Origin: the human T2T-CHM13v2.0 reference genome, Homo sapiens
Length of the DNA: 64,000 nucleotides
Strand: one strand, 5' to 3'
Assembly: GCF_009914755.1 (NCBI RefSeq)
Contig: NC_060926.1
Numbering within the stretch: position 1 is the first letter of the stretch; each line of letters begins with the position of its first letter. Positions 41,569-55,833 of this stretch are shown in pieces. The notes beneath the pieces are model-generated. The model was not told where the DNA came from. It saw nothing but the letters and a program-made list of their open reading frames with translations, and ran no database searches. Both the position numbers and the translations under genes were made by a program.

Positions 41569-41921
41569 TGATATGGTTTGACTGTGTCGCCACCCAAATC
41601 TCATCTTGAATTGTAGCTCCCATAATCCCCACATGTCATAGGAGGGACCTGGAGGGAGTTAATTGAATCATGGGGGTGGGATTTTCCCATGCTATTCTTG
41701 TGATAGTGAATAAGTTTCATGAGATCTATGGTTTTATAAAGGGCAGTCCCCTGCATACACTCTCTTGCCTGCCACCATGTAAGACATGCCTTTGCTCCTC
41801 CTCCTTCTGCCATGATTGTGAGGTCTCCCCAGACATGTGGAACTCTGAGTCTTTTAAATCTCTTTATAAATTACCCAGTCTCAGGTATTTCTTTATAGAA
41901 GTATGAAAATGGACTAATACA
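41569..41921 (+). mobile_element. THE1C/D-like MaLR solo LTR
   Basis: TGATATGGTTTGACTGTGTCGCCACCCAAATCTCATCTTGAATTGTAGCTCCC…GGACTAATACA; TSD GTAAC/GTATC. Confidence 0.95.
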
Positions 41922-43399
41922 GTATCTTTCAAGAACAATAATAAAATAAATATTTTCAAACAAAGAAAAATTGGAAGAACTCACCAACAGATGAATGCTA
42001 AATTTACTTCTGAAGGGCATAGTTCAGAAAGATAGAAGTACATCCATCTTAAAGTGAGAAGTGCATGGTTAGTGGCTGATAAGCTGCTCAATAAGCTGTG
42101 GCAGTGGTTCTTGGGAGAGGTCTTGGCAGACTTGATAGACAACACTTGGCACTTTAGAGTTGGCTTCTCCTTTCAGTTTTACATAAGACATTCCAACTCT
42201 ACATATAAGACAAGGCTCACAATGGGATGGAGCCTCACAGATTTCCTGCTGAGGGACGGTAGAGGGCAAATCTGGAAATGTAAAGATTGTAGGGATGAGA
42301 GTTCCTCCAAATTCTTCAGTACGTCACAGATATCCTATATCAGTGAGCAGAATTCTATTTCTTGCTTTGTTTCTTTGATTTAAAATAGGCTAACAGTTTC
42401 TCAGAAAAAAAAAAAGGACATTAAGCACTTTTTTCAAAATTCATCTGAAATAACTGATCTCTGAGTAAAGAATTAAGCACCTTGGGGGGAAATTTCAGCA
42501 GCTGAGTTAACTTCACAGCTAGTAGTTTTAAAAGAGTACCAAAACAGATTAATATATTGTTGCATTACAGGCATAAAATGTCTTTGGAATATTTTTAATT
42601 TGGACTACTACACTATAACATAAGCCAAAAATTCATATTTCATGTAAGTGCCATAAAACTAGAGGTGTACTTGTTAAACCTCACTGGTGCCCAATGTTCT
42701 GCTGGAAGGGAGAAAAAGATTACTTCTAGCAATATGACTTGCAAGAAGAAGTAATTTTCTCATAAATCGTTATTAGACATTTCATTGTCTCCAAAACATA
42801 ATTTAAGTATCTTAGAAGGAAATGAATAAAAGGAGGAAAAAGTCTCAAAAACATCATCAGCAAAATCTTGAAAAATGTTATTAAAAATTGTTCTTATTCA
42901 AAAATTCAATTCTACTCATAAGTCAGATTGCTTCAAAGTAGCTTGATATCCTACAATATAACAATTGAAGTCAAAATATTCTACATGCACTATTTTAGGA
43001 GATTTGTTATTTGAGAATAAACATATGCTTAACTATGTAAAAAGCAGTGGAAGTTTGCAAACTAGAATGATTAAGTAAAATTATTAGGACTTGTAGCCAA
43101 AAAATGCTTTTGCAGACCACTTTCATGGGACAAGAAAGTGCAGAATTTTATTCACTAAACATGTAATGACTGTCTCTTATACTTGAAATGGTGGTACAGA
43201 AGATAAAAAGATGAACAGTGTGGATTCTCAACTTCAGGAATAAAAAACACATCTTGACAGCATTCAAAAAAATAATAATAACATAGCAAGTTCCACAAGT
43301 GAATCTGGATGGATGTGAGGGGTATTGTATTAGGAAAGGCCTTTATCAAATAATTAGCTTTTTAATATAAAACTAAATGGTGATAGCACATTACAAAAC

Positions 43400-44500
43400 C
43401 TCAAAAAGAAAGTTAAACTGAACATAAAGAGAAAATGTATGAAGCTAGAAAAGCATACATGATGTTCTACTGTCATGCAATATTTTAATTTGGCAGAAGT
43501 TCATGTGATGAGAAGTTGTAATTAATTAGAAATATAGGCTAGAACTAGATCATTGAGTAATAAAAGAACAGATAAAGACAACACAATAAAAAATTTTTTT
43601 AATGAACCAACATATAAAGTTAGGTACTATCAAGTGTAGCAAATTATAAATAAGGCTGGATCAGAGAATTTTGTGTAAGAGATTTTTAGCATAAAGCACA
43701 GGAAGCAAAGGCCCAGGAGTTGAACATGAATCAGAGAGAGACAGGCAGAGGCCAGACAGTGTATGACACAGGAGAGACTTTGGGCGAACTGCAAAAGAAA
43801 ACCATCTGAAGGTTTAGAGCAGATGATAATTTGATCTTATTGTTGTATTTAAAGGTTCTCTGGCTATCACTGTGCCACAGTAGATTACATGGTGCTGGGG
43901 ATCATCAAAACTGGAAGCAAGAGTAGTACAAGGGGAAAGCTACTACAGTAATCCATGCAGCCACGGTGAGAGTGGTCAGCATGGTGAGAGGTGACTGGTT
44001 CTACGAGATATTTTGAAGATGTAGCTCATAAAACTTGTCATATAGGATATGGATATGAAGAGAAAGACAATTCAAGAATCCTTTTCAGGGGTTTTGACTT
44101 TAGTACACAGGCAGATAGTGGTGCTATTCACTGAAATACAGGAACATTGTGGTGGGAACAAGTTTGGTATGTAGAGTGTGTGGGAATTGATAATTCAGTT
44201 TAGGATGCACTAAATTTGAGATGTCTGCTAGACATCCATGTTGAGAAGTTAATAGCCATTTGGATATATGTCTAGATTTCTGGAGAACATTTATGGGTAC
44301 AGATAAAATCGAGAGTTGTCAGAACTTAGCGGCAATTAGATGCCATGGAATTGAAAGTTTCATGTAGCGCATGAGAGCAGAGAAAGAAAAGAAAAGGACA
44401 TCTGGGTCTAAGCTCTGGGGTACTCCGATATAAAGAGATTAAAAAAGATAATAAGGATACAGAAAATGACACAGATAAATTGTAGCCAGTGAAGAATGCA
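43400..44500 (-). mobile_element. L2 fragment
   Basis: ATTCAGTTTAGGATGCACTAAATTTGAGATGTCTGCTAGACATCCATG…TTGGATATATG, a typical antisense L2 segment. Confidence 0.7.
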
Positions 44501-45707
44501 GAATATGAGGCACAGAGTTAAAACAATACAATAAATAAGCAAATCTAGTGAGAAGGGCTAGTTTCAATGAATAGCCTCAAAATAAAAATAGTTTGTTTAT
44601 CATGACAATGATCTTTGCTTACTTTCATAGACAGCAATTTAATTAATACATTCTGATAGAGACTGATACTTCCACAAAACTGGAATTAAAGAATGTTCCA
44701 GATAATTTTATGAAGGAAAAATATATATGAAAATATAATGAAAAGGCCGGACAGTATTGATATTCTTATGCACACAGAGGGATAAATTAATAAGTAATCA
44801 TTTCTGTGAAAACAATTTTAAAACCAACTCAAATCCAAAAATCTTAGAGACTCCCATTTTGGTTAACCAAACATTGCAAACATTCACCAATTTAATTGCA
44901 TTTCTGGAAAAGTGTTCAAAGTCAGAATGAGTAATAAAACTTAAACAATTTTTTTCTTTTAGAAATTAACATCAGGGTTGGACCTATAATGGGAAAAGTA
45001 ATAAGGTAAAGAATTTATATATTATAAGTTCCAAGTAAAATATTAAGTGACTAGGAGAATGAATGCAAGGAAAGCCTTTGATTAAATAAAATGAAGTGTT
45101 TGCTTCCCTTGTTGACATAAATCAGTAACAGCTTTCTAAAGAAATCAAGGAGATAATCAGTAGTGCCTGAAACTAAGTGCTCTTTATTTCTTGCTGCTTT
45201 TAGTGTCTTTTCATAGAAGAATAAAGGTGTAATTCAGAAAATGTCCATTTCTCCCCATTCACTTTCTTTTAACTCCAGAAGATTTGCACAACTACTTTCA
45301 CATATTTATATTTACCAACCAGACACTGATAAACAACTCAGGCAAAAGGGGAAAGGAACCTCTTCAGCACTTCCTGACAATATTCTTTTACTCCAACCCA
45401 AATCAGGAAGTCTCGGAGCTTCCCAGTGCAAAAGATTCCCACTCTTCCATGTTGTACAGGATACTGCACATGCCCATGTGTCTTAATGAGAAATCATGGT
45501 TACCTAACAAGGGCTAGGTGCTGGCCTGACTTTTCAGAACCACACTACCTGGGATACACCCTGTGAAGTATGCAGTTTGACAGAAGGAGAGTACCAAATA
45601 GTGAAAACTTGCAGGCTCTGAGAAGTTTGAGTTGTCACAACTCGTCCCACACAGAAACCAATACATAAATGGCTCATCATTCAAGTCACTTAGAATTGCA
45701 TTAAAAC

Positions 45708-45898
45708 TAGAATTGGCATATTTAGCAAATAACACAGGAATCCCAGCTAAATTTGAATCTGCGAAAAACAATGAGCAATTGTTTTGTATAAATATATCCC
45801 ACGCAATATTTGGAACATATTTATACTCACAAAAATATTCATCATTTATCTGAAATTCAAATTGCACTGGAAACTCTGCATTTTATCTGGCAACACTA
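45708..45898. mobile_element. MER53 palindromic hAT MITE
   Basis: CCCAGCTAAATTTGAAT…TATATCCCACGCAATATTTGGAACATA…ATCTGAAATTCAAATT…TTTTATCTGGCAACACTA; internally palindromic. Confidence 0.85.
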
Positions 45899-46276
45899 AC
45901 TGTAATCTCAAAATTCCCAAAGAAGACATGGTCTCATGTGTATTGGCCTAATTCCATACTTTTTTCCAAAAAAATAAAATGCAGAAAATAATGCATTCAT
46001 TATTTTCCTATAAATGGAAATAAATGCATCTTGAAGAGAGATTATGTACACCTAAAGTTTCACTACTTCTCTATAAAACTCTTTATAAAAATATTTCATT
46101 CTATCATACTGTATTAATATAATTATATAGCATAGTTGAACTAGAGAGATTTTGTTAGCTCTCTTAAAATAGAGCCAATAACCAATTTTATGCAACTGAA
46201 ATAACTTAGAATATTATTTACGTACTAGTAAATTAAGAACCCAGCCCTATATCTAGTCAAAAATTCTCACCTTTAA

Positions 46277-46666
<390 letters not shown>

Positions 46667-49233
46667 TAACATGTGTACTTAAGGTACCAGGTGCAGTCAT
46701 ATTACCCCATTCCTGCGGTTGAAGTTGTGTCAATGAAAATGTTTCAGCTCTGACTGATACTTTACTTTTGTAAATTATATTGAGATGGAAAGGGCCAAGC
46801 CTGATTGTTTAAGGGGAGAACTACACTGAGATAAACTTGACAGTGGTGCTGGCAATAAGAAATTCCAAAAGGACAATTTGAGAACAGAGGAGTTGCATCA
46901 TTCACCATCTCTGTACAAGAAGATTACACTTTTAGTGTCAGCCTATGAGGCCTTAGGTTTTAATTTATTAAGAAAAGCTGAAAATTTCCAAACGTGACCA
47001 TTGATACGTAGCTTTCACTGAGTACATGTTGTCTCTGGGCTTACAGATATGGAAGATATACGGACCAACTGTCACATTGATCAGTTAAGAGTTATGGACA
47101 GTATTATACTTATTTTGTCTTATATTCTTTGAACATTTTCTAATCCTTGGAACACAATGATTTTTTTTCTGGTTTCTCTTAGCCTTCTTAGGTATTATTT
47201 CCCAATCAAATCTATGGTCATTTTCTTTTTCCCACTCAAAAGTATTTTTTTCTGCAAACAGTACTGAAATAAAATAGCTATGGAAAAATTATGCTGTAAT
47301 TCAAACCACTGTTACCTCAGAAGAAAAGCCAATTTCAAGACAAGACTTTAAAAAATTGTTTTCTGACCCACTACTGTCATGGATGATAACATAAGCAACA
47401 CGCAGGTTGTTTATAAAGACAAAAAAAAAATCAAATTTACCAATTATACAAGGAAATAAGTTTCCTTTGTCTTATTATTTAAAAAAGAAAAGGAGTACTA
47501 TTGGAAACACGACTATAAGAACAAACCACTGTCGGTATGTCCTAGTTTGATGTTAGAAATGAGACTGTACAATATGTTTAGCATTTCTGAAACTTTGAAT
47601 TATTAAATAATTAATGTCAATCCATATTTTAATATAGACAGAGTCCAGAGACTTAATTTTTACCCTGGAACAAATATAGAGATTTAATTCTCAGTCAAGC
47701 AAACAAAGTTTCAAGAACTTGATATTTTCTCATCGTAGTTTATTTGTGCCTTAGCAAAATAACTTCAGGGCAAATTTTTCATCATAATACCTACAGTATT
47801 TTATTTCAGAATTGGTTGTCATTCTCCAAGTTTTTCACTTTATTTTCTTACTATTTCAATAGTACGGTCTTGTTTTAATACAAATTCCTGTATATTCATC
47901 TAAAAATGAGTTAGGTAAAAAAGTAATAAGAGGAAATATAGTGACTTTTTATTGCAATAAAGCCAGCTGAAATAAAATTTTAATTCAATCACTGTTTTAA
48001 TCACTTTTCTAGAAATGACTATGCAGAATATAAACGCCAGTGCAGTCCATGTTATATCAGCAAGTTGCCAACTTTATTCTAATAACACGATCAAATTTTT
48101 TTTTATAAAGAAAGCTACACTTACATGATGACTAACTGAGAAAAAGGAAAGTTTTTATGAGTTATCAGCACTTGGGCTTTTCATGCCTGTTACGTAGTAG
48201 TGCCCTTTCTCTCTCTTGCCCAGTGATTCTGTGTATCATACAAGTATATATTTTAAGGCATTGATGACTTGAATTCAGTAATGGAAAAAATATTGATCAA
48301 ACACAATTACTTTTGTGCTCTTAGTCATACAATTGTTATGACAAGTAGTTATGACTAATTTGAAGAAAAGTTTTCCAGGGATTAATCCTGTGATAAATTT
48401 TGCTTCATATTTAAAAATAATTTTAAACTTAAAAGAATCGGTACTCAATATAACAGTTAAATTTGAGAGGTGTGAAGAAAGAAGGATGATTACTATATTT
48501 AAATCATGATTTTAGTAGATTTTCACTATCAGGAAAAAAGTTATCAAATGTTTAAAAAGAGAATAAAGCTAAAATACAAATGCACAGAAACATGTCTATG
48601 GAGTGTCTCTTATATGCTAGAGCTTCGGGGATGCAGTCTCAGTTATATCTAATTTAGTGCTTTTAACTTTTCTAGGGGAATATGTCTATACCTTTATTTT
48701 GGTGCTAGGAAAGTTAGCCTACATAGAGTAATAAGTAGATGACCCAAGATTCTAAATTACCTCTTTTCACTCAAGTCTGTGCTTATTTTACTAAACCAAG
48801 TGAGGAGGCAAACAACACAAAATTAAAAGTCAATATCAAACAATATGACTAGAAGCCAGACCAAAAAAAGCACTCAATAATTTTGATATTTAGTATTTTG
48901 CATAAATATTGAATATCTGGTATGAATTCCTAAAAGTTATGATATTTCCTCATAGAAAATAAGCCCAAAAAATTAAATCAAAGTCCTATGACTTCACATT
49001 AAAAAATTAGAAAACTAGACATATAAAACCCCTCTGATTAGACGCGTAGAAGTCTATATAAATCATATATAAACTGATAATCCTTACAAAAATCTACTAT
49101 GTTCATGAATCAAAATACTCAATATTAAGAAATTAATTCTTCCAAAATTGATTGATACATTCAGTGTAATCACAATAAAAATCTCAGTAGATTTTTAAAA
49201 ATAAATTAAGATTCTGCTTCTAAAATTCAAATG

Positions 49234-52200
49234 GGAGAGAACGGGGTAAGATGGCTGACTAGGTGCAGTTGGGAGTAACATCTGCCACCAAGGGACCAGG
49301 ACATTGGGCAGACTGGTGCACTCCTAGCAGATCTTCAGAGGAAAGGCATTGAGAGTGGATGAAGGGAAGACACAAATGCTGGGCTGAAGGGGGAGGATGC
49401 TGGGAACCTTGCATGGGGCTACTACACTCTGGGACTCCTTCCTAGCCCCCAAGGACTCCTGGAGAAGGGGTGAGTAGGCAAAGAGCCACCTGCTCTGGCC
49501 ACAGGCCTCTGGAATTCTGGCAGCAGGAGACCCTACAACCCCCCTGGATGCTTGAGCTGGCAGGAAGAGCTGCCTTGAGAAGTTTCAGAGTCAAAACTCC
49601 AGCCTGTACAGAGCCCAGAGGATTTGGTGCCAGAGGGTCTGTAGTGGAGCACAGCCAGAGAAGCATATCTTCCAAGGCCTACTTTCGTTCTCTAATAGAC
49701 TATAGCCATAGTCAAACTGTATGACCTGAACAGTGCAAGGCAGTCCTGCTGATGAGACAGGTGCAGTCCAACATGAGCACCCTTTAGTCTGCTCATCTCT
49801 CCCAGGGCCCTTGTCCTGCAGTGCAGCCTCGAATGCCCAGATGGGGTGCTTCCTGGGGGCCCACATCATAGCTCCTGCACTGGCAGTCCTTACTTGACCA
49901 CTAGAGAGCTCCAGCCGAGCAGCCACCAGACATGCACACCAGCCAGTGCCCTCCCACACCAGAATCTCCACCATGCTCTTTGCCTACATGTACTCGCCGG
50001 CAGCCACCCCCTACATTGCTTTGCCGGGACATGTGTGCATGGGTGAACCTTTCTTCCCCTTACCTGCCAGCTCATGTGTGCATGTGCACCTCGCCATGCC
50101 ACTGTTGCTGGCATGAGGGCACCCTACTCTCCCAGCTCCCCACTAAGCCACCATTCCCATCAGAGTGTTTGCAGGCATAGAGACTGCCAGTCCCATGCCT
50201 GCCAGCACTTTGCCCAGTGCCAACACTGCTGCCAGTACAAAACTACATGGGGGAGCACTGGACCCACTCCCACCCTGAGTGGCATCTGCCAATCACATAA
50301 ACACATTCACAGATGGCACACACAGTCCCATGTCCATCAATGCCTTGCCTCCATGCTAACACCACTGCAACTGTGAACATGCACACAGATACTGCTGGGG
50401 CCCCCTGAACCCCTGCACCATGCTGACACCTGTGGCTGCTGTGAGCACCTGCACAGAGGTCAGCACTCTTGCACCTACCAGCACCCCACTGCACTGCCAC
50501 TGAGCACTACCACTACTGTTGGCAGGTGAAAATGAGAATGGATCCTGTTGCCAACCTCACCGTAAAGTGCTTTGGTTAGCACTACCCATTGGAATGTTGT
50601 GACCAGTGGTCAGGGAACCTTGGCCCCTTCAGCACAGCAGGTTTCTAGGCTCTGGGGTGATAGAACCAAGCTAGGACCCAATACCCACCACCCAGAGTTA
50701 GAGCATGCAGTCCAGGAGTCCTGAACTGATCCTTTCCCCACTAAATTCCTCCAGAAATAAAGCGAGTCAACTGAACTCACCTTACACCACAATCAAACCT
50801 TCAAGGACATCAAATAGGATTTACAAAAAAAAGCCATCCAAAGCTCAACAACCTCAAAGATTGAAGGAACATCAGCTCACGAAGATGAGAAAGAGCTAGG
50901 GCAAGAACTCTGGCATCTTGAAAAGCTAGAGTGTCGGCTTACCTCCAAATGACCATACTAGTTCCCCAGAAATAGTTCTTAACCAAGCTGAGATGGTTGG
51001 AATGACAGAAATAGAATTCAGAATATGGATAAGAAGAAAGATTATCAACATACAGGAGTAAGTCAAAATCCAATCCCAGGAATCTAAGACATAAAATAAA
51101 ATGATACAGGAGCTGACAGACAAACTGGCTATTGTAAGAAAGAACCCAATCAATCTGAGAGAGCTAAAAAGCACTATATAAATTTAATAATGCAATCACA
51201 AGTATTAGCATTAGAACTAATGCTAATCAAGCTGAGGAAAGATTTGCAGATCTTGAAGACTGGCTCTCTGAAATAACTCAGTAAGAGAAAAATAAGAAAA
51301 AACAATAAAGAGGAATAAACAAAACCTCTGAGAAATATGAGATTATCTAGAGAGACCTATGTACAACTCACTGGCATGCCTGAGAGAGAGGGAAGGAAAC
51401 CAAGCAACTTGGAAAACATATTTCAAGATATCATCCATGAAAATTTTCCCAACCTTGCTGGAAAGTCCAACATTCAAATTCAAGAAATGCAGAGAATCCC
51501 TGCAAAATACTACACAAGAAGACCATCCCTGAGACACAGTCATTATATTCTTCAAGGCTGTAGTGAAACCCATCAGTATGCTCTTTTTAAGAGACCCATC
51601 TTACATGCAGTGACAACCATTGGCTCAAAGTAATGGGATGGAGAAAAATCTACCAAGCAAATAGACAACAGGGAAAAGCAAGGATTGCTATTCTAATTTC
51701 AGAAAAAACAGACCTCAACAAAGATCAGAAAAGACAAAAAGGGGCATTATATAATGGTTGTATTAGACCGTTCTCATGCTGCTATGAAGAAATACCTGGA
51801 ACTGGGTAATTTATAAAGAAAAGAGGTTTAATTGACTCACAGTTCTGCATGGCTGGGGAGGCCTCAGGAAACTTACAATCATGACAGAAGGCACCTCTTC
51901 ACAGGGCAGCAAGAGAGAGAATGAGAGCTGAGCAGAGGGAAAAGCCCTTTATAAAACCATCACCCCCATGATCTCATTACCTCCCACCAGGTCCCGCCCA
52001 TGACACATGAGGATTATGGGAACTACAATTCAAGATGCAATTTGGGCGGAGACACAGCACGGACAAACCACATCAATGGGAAAGGACTAAATTCAACAAG
52101 AAGACCTAACTATCCTAAATATAAATGCATTCAACACTGGAGCACCCAGATTTATCAAGCAAGTTCTTAGAGATGTGTGAAGAGATTTAGATAACCACAC

Positions 52201-55200
52201 GATGATAGTGGGAGACTTTAACACCCCATTGACAGTATTAGACAGCTCATCAAGGCAGAAAACTAACAAAGATATTCGGGACCTTAACCCAACACTTGAT
52301 GAAAAGGACCTAATAGATATCTACAGAACTCTCCACTTAAAAACAACAGAATTTACGTTCTTGTCATCTGCATATGGCACATACTCTAAAATCGACCACA
52401 CAATTGAGCATTAAATAACTCTCAGCAAATTCAAAAAAACCTGAAATCATACCAACCACATTCTCAGACAACAGTGCAATAAAAATAGGAATCAATGTTA
52501 AGGAAATTGCTCAAAACCATACAATTAAATAAAAATTAAACAACCTTGATCCTGAATGACTTCTGAGTAAATAGTGAAATTAAGGCAGAAACCAAAAAAT
52601 TCTCTGAAACTAATAAGAAAAAAGATACAACATACCAGAATCTCTAGAACATGCCAAAGCAGTGTTAAGTGCAGCATCTCTGGGACACAGCCAAAACAGT
52701 GTTAAACTCCCACATCAAAAAGTTAGAAAGATCTCAAATTAACAACTTAACATCATAACCGGAAGAACTAGAGAATTAAGAGCAAACTAATCCCAAAGCT
52801 AGCAGAAGCCAAGAAATAACCAAAATCAGAGCTGAACTGAAGGAAATGAAGATGCAAAAAAACGTACAAAAGATCAACAAATCCAAGAGCTAGTTCCTTG
52901 AAAGAATTAATAAGCAACACATGTCACTAGCTAGACTAATAAATAAAGAGAAGATCCAAATAAACACAATCAGGAATGACAAAGGCGACATTACCATTCA
53001 CCCCACAGAAATGCAAAAAACCCTCGAAGACTATTACAAACATCTCTATGCACAAAATCTAGAAAACCAAGAAGAAATGGATAAATTTCTGGAAACATAT
53101 TAATGTAGTCTTCAGAAATTAAACCAGGAAGAGACTGAATTCCTAAACACACCAATAATAAATTTTGAAATTGAATCAGTAATAAAAAGCCTACCAATCA
53201 GAAAAAGCTCAGTACCATGTGGATTTACGGCCAAATTCTAATTTCTTATAAGGAAGAGCTGGTATCATTCCTCCTGAAACAACTCCAAAAATGGAGTAAG
53301 AGAGACTGCTTCATAACTCATACTATGAAGCCAGCATCATCCTGATTCCAAAACCTGACAGAGACACACACAAAAAAATAAGCTTCAGGCCAATATCCTT
53401 AATGAACATAGATGCAAAAATACTCAACAAAACACTAGCAAACTGAATCTAGCAGCATATCAAAAAGCTAATCAACCATGATCAAGTAGGCTTTATCCTG
53501 AGATGCAAGGTTGTTTCAACATATGGAAATCAATAAATATTATTCACCACATAAACAGAACTAAAAATAAAAACCACATGATCTTCTTAATAGGTGCAGA
53601 AAAGGTTTTCACGTTAAAAACCCTCAACAAACTAGGCACTGAAGAAACATGCTCCATAATAATAAGAGCCATCTATGAAAAATCCACAGCCAACATCATA
53701 CTGAATGGGCAAAAGCTGGAAGCATTCCCCTTGAAAATCAGCATAAGACAAGGATCCTCACTCTCATCACTCCTATTCAACATAGTACTGGAAGTACTAG
53801 CTAGAGCAACCAGGCAAGAGAAAGATATAAAAGGCATCCAAATAGAAAGAGAGAAAATCACTCTCTCTCTCTTCAGAGATGATATAATTTATACCTAGGA
53901 AACCCCACCATCTCTATCCAAAAGCTCTTTCATCTAATACACAACTTAAGCAAAGTTTCAGGATACAAAATCAATGTTCAAAAATTGGTAGCATTCCTAT
54001 ACACCAGCAACATTCAAGCTGAGAGTCAAATCAAGAACATAATCCCATTCACAATAGCCATAATTAGAATAAAATACCTAGCAATACAGCAAACCAAGGA
54101 GGTGAAAGATCTCTACAATGAGAATTATAAAACACTGCTCAAAGGAATCAGCGACATCAAGAAATAGAAAAACATTCCATGCTCATGGATAGGAAGAATC
54201 AATATTGTCAAAATGGCCACACTGCCCAAAGCAATCTACGGATTACATGCTATTTCTGTCAAACTACCAATGACATTCTTCACAGAATTAGAAAAAAATA
54301 ACTATTTTAAAATTTAAATTTAATTTAAAATTCATATGAAACCAAACAAGAGCCCAAATAGCCAAGGCAATCCTAAACAGAAAGAACAAAGCTGGAGGCA
54401 TTACCCTACTTGGAACTATACTACAAGACTGCAGTAACCAACACATGATGGCACTGATGTGAAAACAGACACATAAACCAATGAAAAAGAATAGAGAACA
54501 CTAAAATAGTGCCACATATCTACAACCATCTGATCTTCAACAAAATTGACAAAGCAAGCAATGGGGAAAGAACTCCCTATTCAATAAATGGTGCTGGGAT
54601 AATTTGCTAGCCATAGGCAGAAAACTGATGAGGACTCCTTCCTTGTGCCATATGCAAAAATTAACTCAAGTGCACTAAAGACTTAAATATAAAACCAAAA
54701 ACTTTTTTATAGGGTTTTTATCCCTGGAAGACAACCTAGGAAATACCATTCTGGACATAGGACCTGACAAAGACTGCATGACAAAGATGCCAAAAGCAAT
54801 TGCAACAAAAACAAAAAATAACTACTGGGACCTAATTAAACGATAGAGCTTCTGCACAGCAAAAGAAACTATCATCAGAGTAAACAGACAACCTACAGAA
54901 TGGGAGAAAATATGTTTAAGCTATGCATCTGACAAAGGTCTAATATCCAAAATCTGTAAAGAACTTAAACAAATTTAAAAGCAAACAACAAATAACCCCA
55001 TTAAAAAGTGGGCAATGGACATGAACAGACACTTTTCAAAAGAAGCCATTCATGTGGCCAATGAGCATGTGAAAAAATGCTCGACATCACTCATAAATAG
55101 AGAAATGCAAATCAAAACCACAGTGAGATACTACCTCACACTAGTCAGAATAGCTATTATTAAAAAGTCAAAAAATAAAAGATGCTAGTGAGACTGTGGA

Positions 55201-55833
55201 GAAAAAGGAATGTTTATGCACTGCTGGTGGGAGTGTAAATTAGTTCAGCCATTGTGGAAGGCAGTTTGATGATTTCTCAAAGAATTTAAAAAAGAATTAC
55301 CAATTGACCCAGCAATCCCATTATTGAGTGTATACCCGAGGGAATATAAATTTTTCTGTCTTAAAGATATACACACATATGTGCTCATTGCAGCACTAGT
55401 CACAATAGCAAAGACATGGAATCAACCTAAAAGCCTATCAATGGTGGACTGGATAAAGAAAACATGGTACATATACACCATGGAATACTGTGCAGCCATA
55501 AAAGAGCGTAAGATCATGTCCTTTGAAGCAACATGAATGGAGCTGGAGGCTATTATCCTAAGTGAAATAACACAAGAAGAGAAAACCAAATACTGTATGT
55601 TCTTACTTATAAATGGAAGCTAAATATTGAGTACATATGGACACAAAAAAGGGAACAGTCACCAGGGCCTACTTGAGGTTGGAGAGTAGGAGGAGGGTGA
55701 GGATCAAAAAACTACCATTGGCTACTATGGTTATTACTTGGGTGATGAAATCTGTACACCAAATCCCATAACATGCAACTTACCTATATAACAAACCTAT
55801 TCATGTATCCCTGAACTTAAAATAAAAGTTAAA
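49234..55833 (+). mobile_element. L1PA15/16-like LINE-1, near full length with internal deletion
   Basis: Start AAGATGGCTGACTAG, GC-rich 5' UTR, ORF1 (NLENIFQDIIHENFPNL), ORF2 EN (IVGDFNTPL, TYSKIDH) and RT remnants, 3' UTR with AATAAA and A-tail, 12-bp TSD AAAATTCAAATG. ORF1 jumps into ORF2 near 51560. Confidence 0.95.
51759..52075 (-). mobile_element. THE1D-like MaLR solo LTR inserted in the L1 endonuclease region
   Basis: TGTATTAGACCGTTCTCATGCTGCTATGAAGAAATACC…CAAACCACATCA; TSD ATGGT/ATGGG. Confidence 0.9.

Larger units (their letters stand above)
41030..42050 (+). mobile_element. Old L1M ORF1 fragments (host of Tigger4 and THE1 insertions)
   Basis: A-rich ORF1-like sequence; ACAACCTAGAACTC…AAAGTA|TCTTTCAAGAAC is continuous across the THE1 LTR. 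Confidence 0.5.

Noticed and set aside
48200-48250. Strong acceptor TGCCCTTTCTCTCTCTTGCCCAG
   Set aside because: No convincing donor nearby; insufficient to call an exon.
52202-54167. L1 ORF2 endonuclease/RT peptides
   Set aside because: Fragmented by stops, frameshifts, a deletion and an LTR insertion; not retrotransposition-competent.
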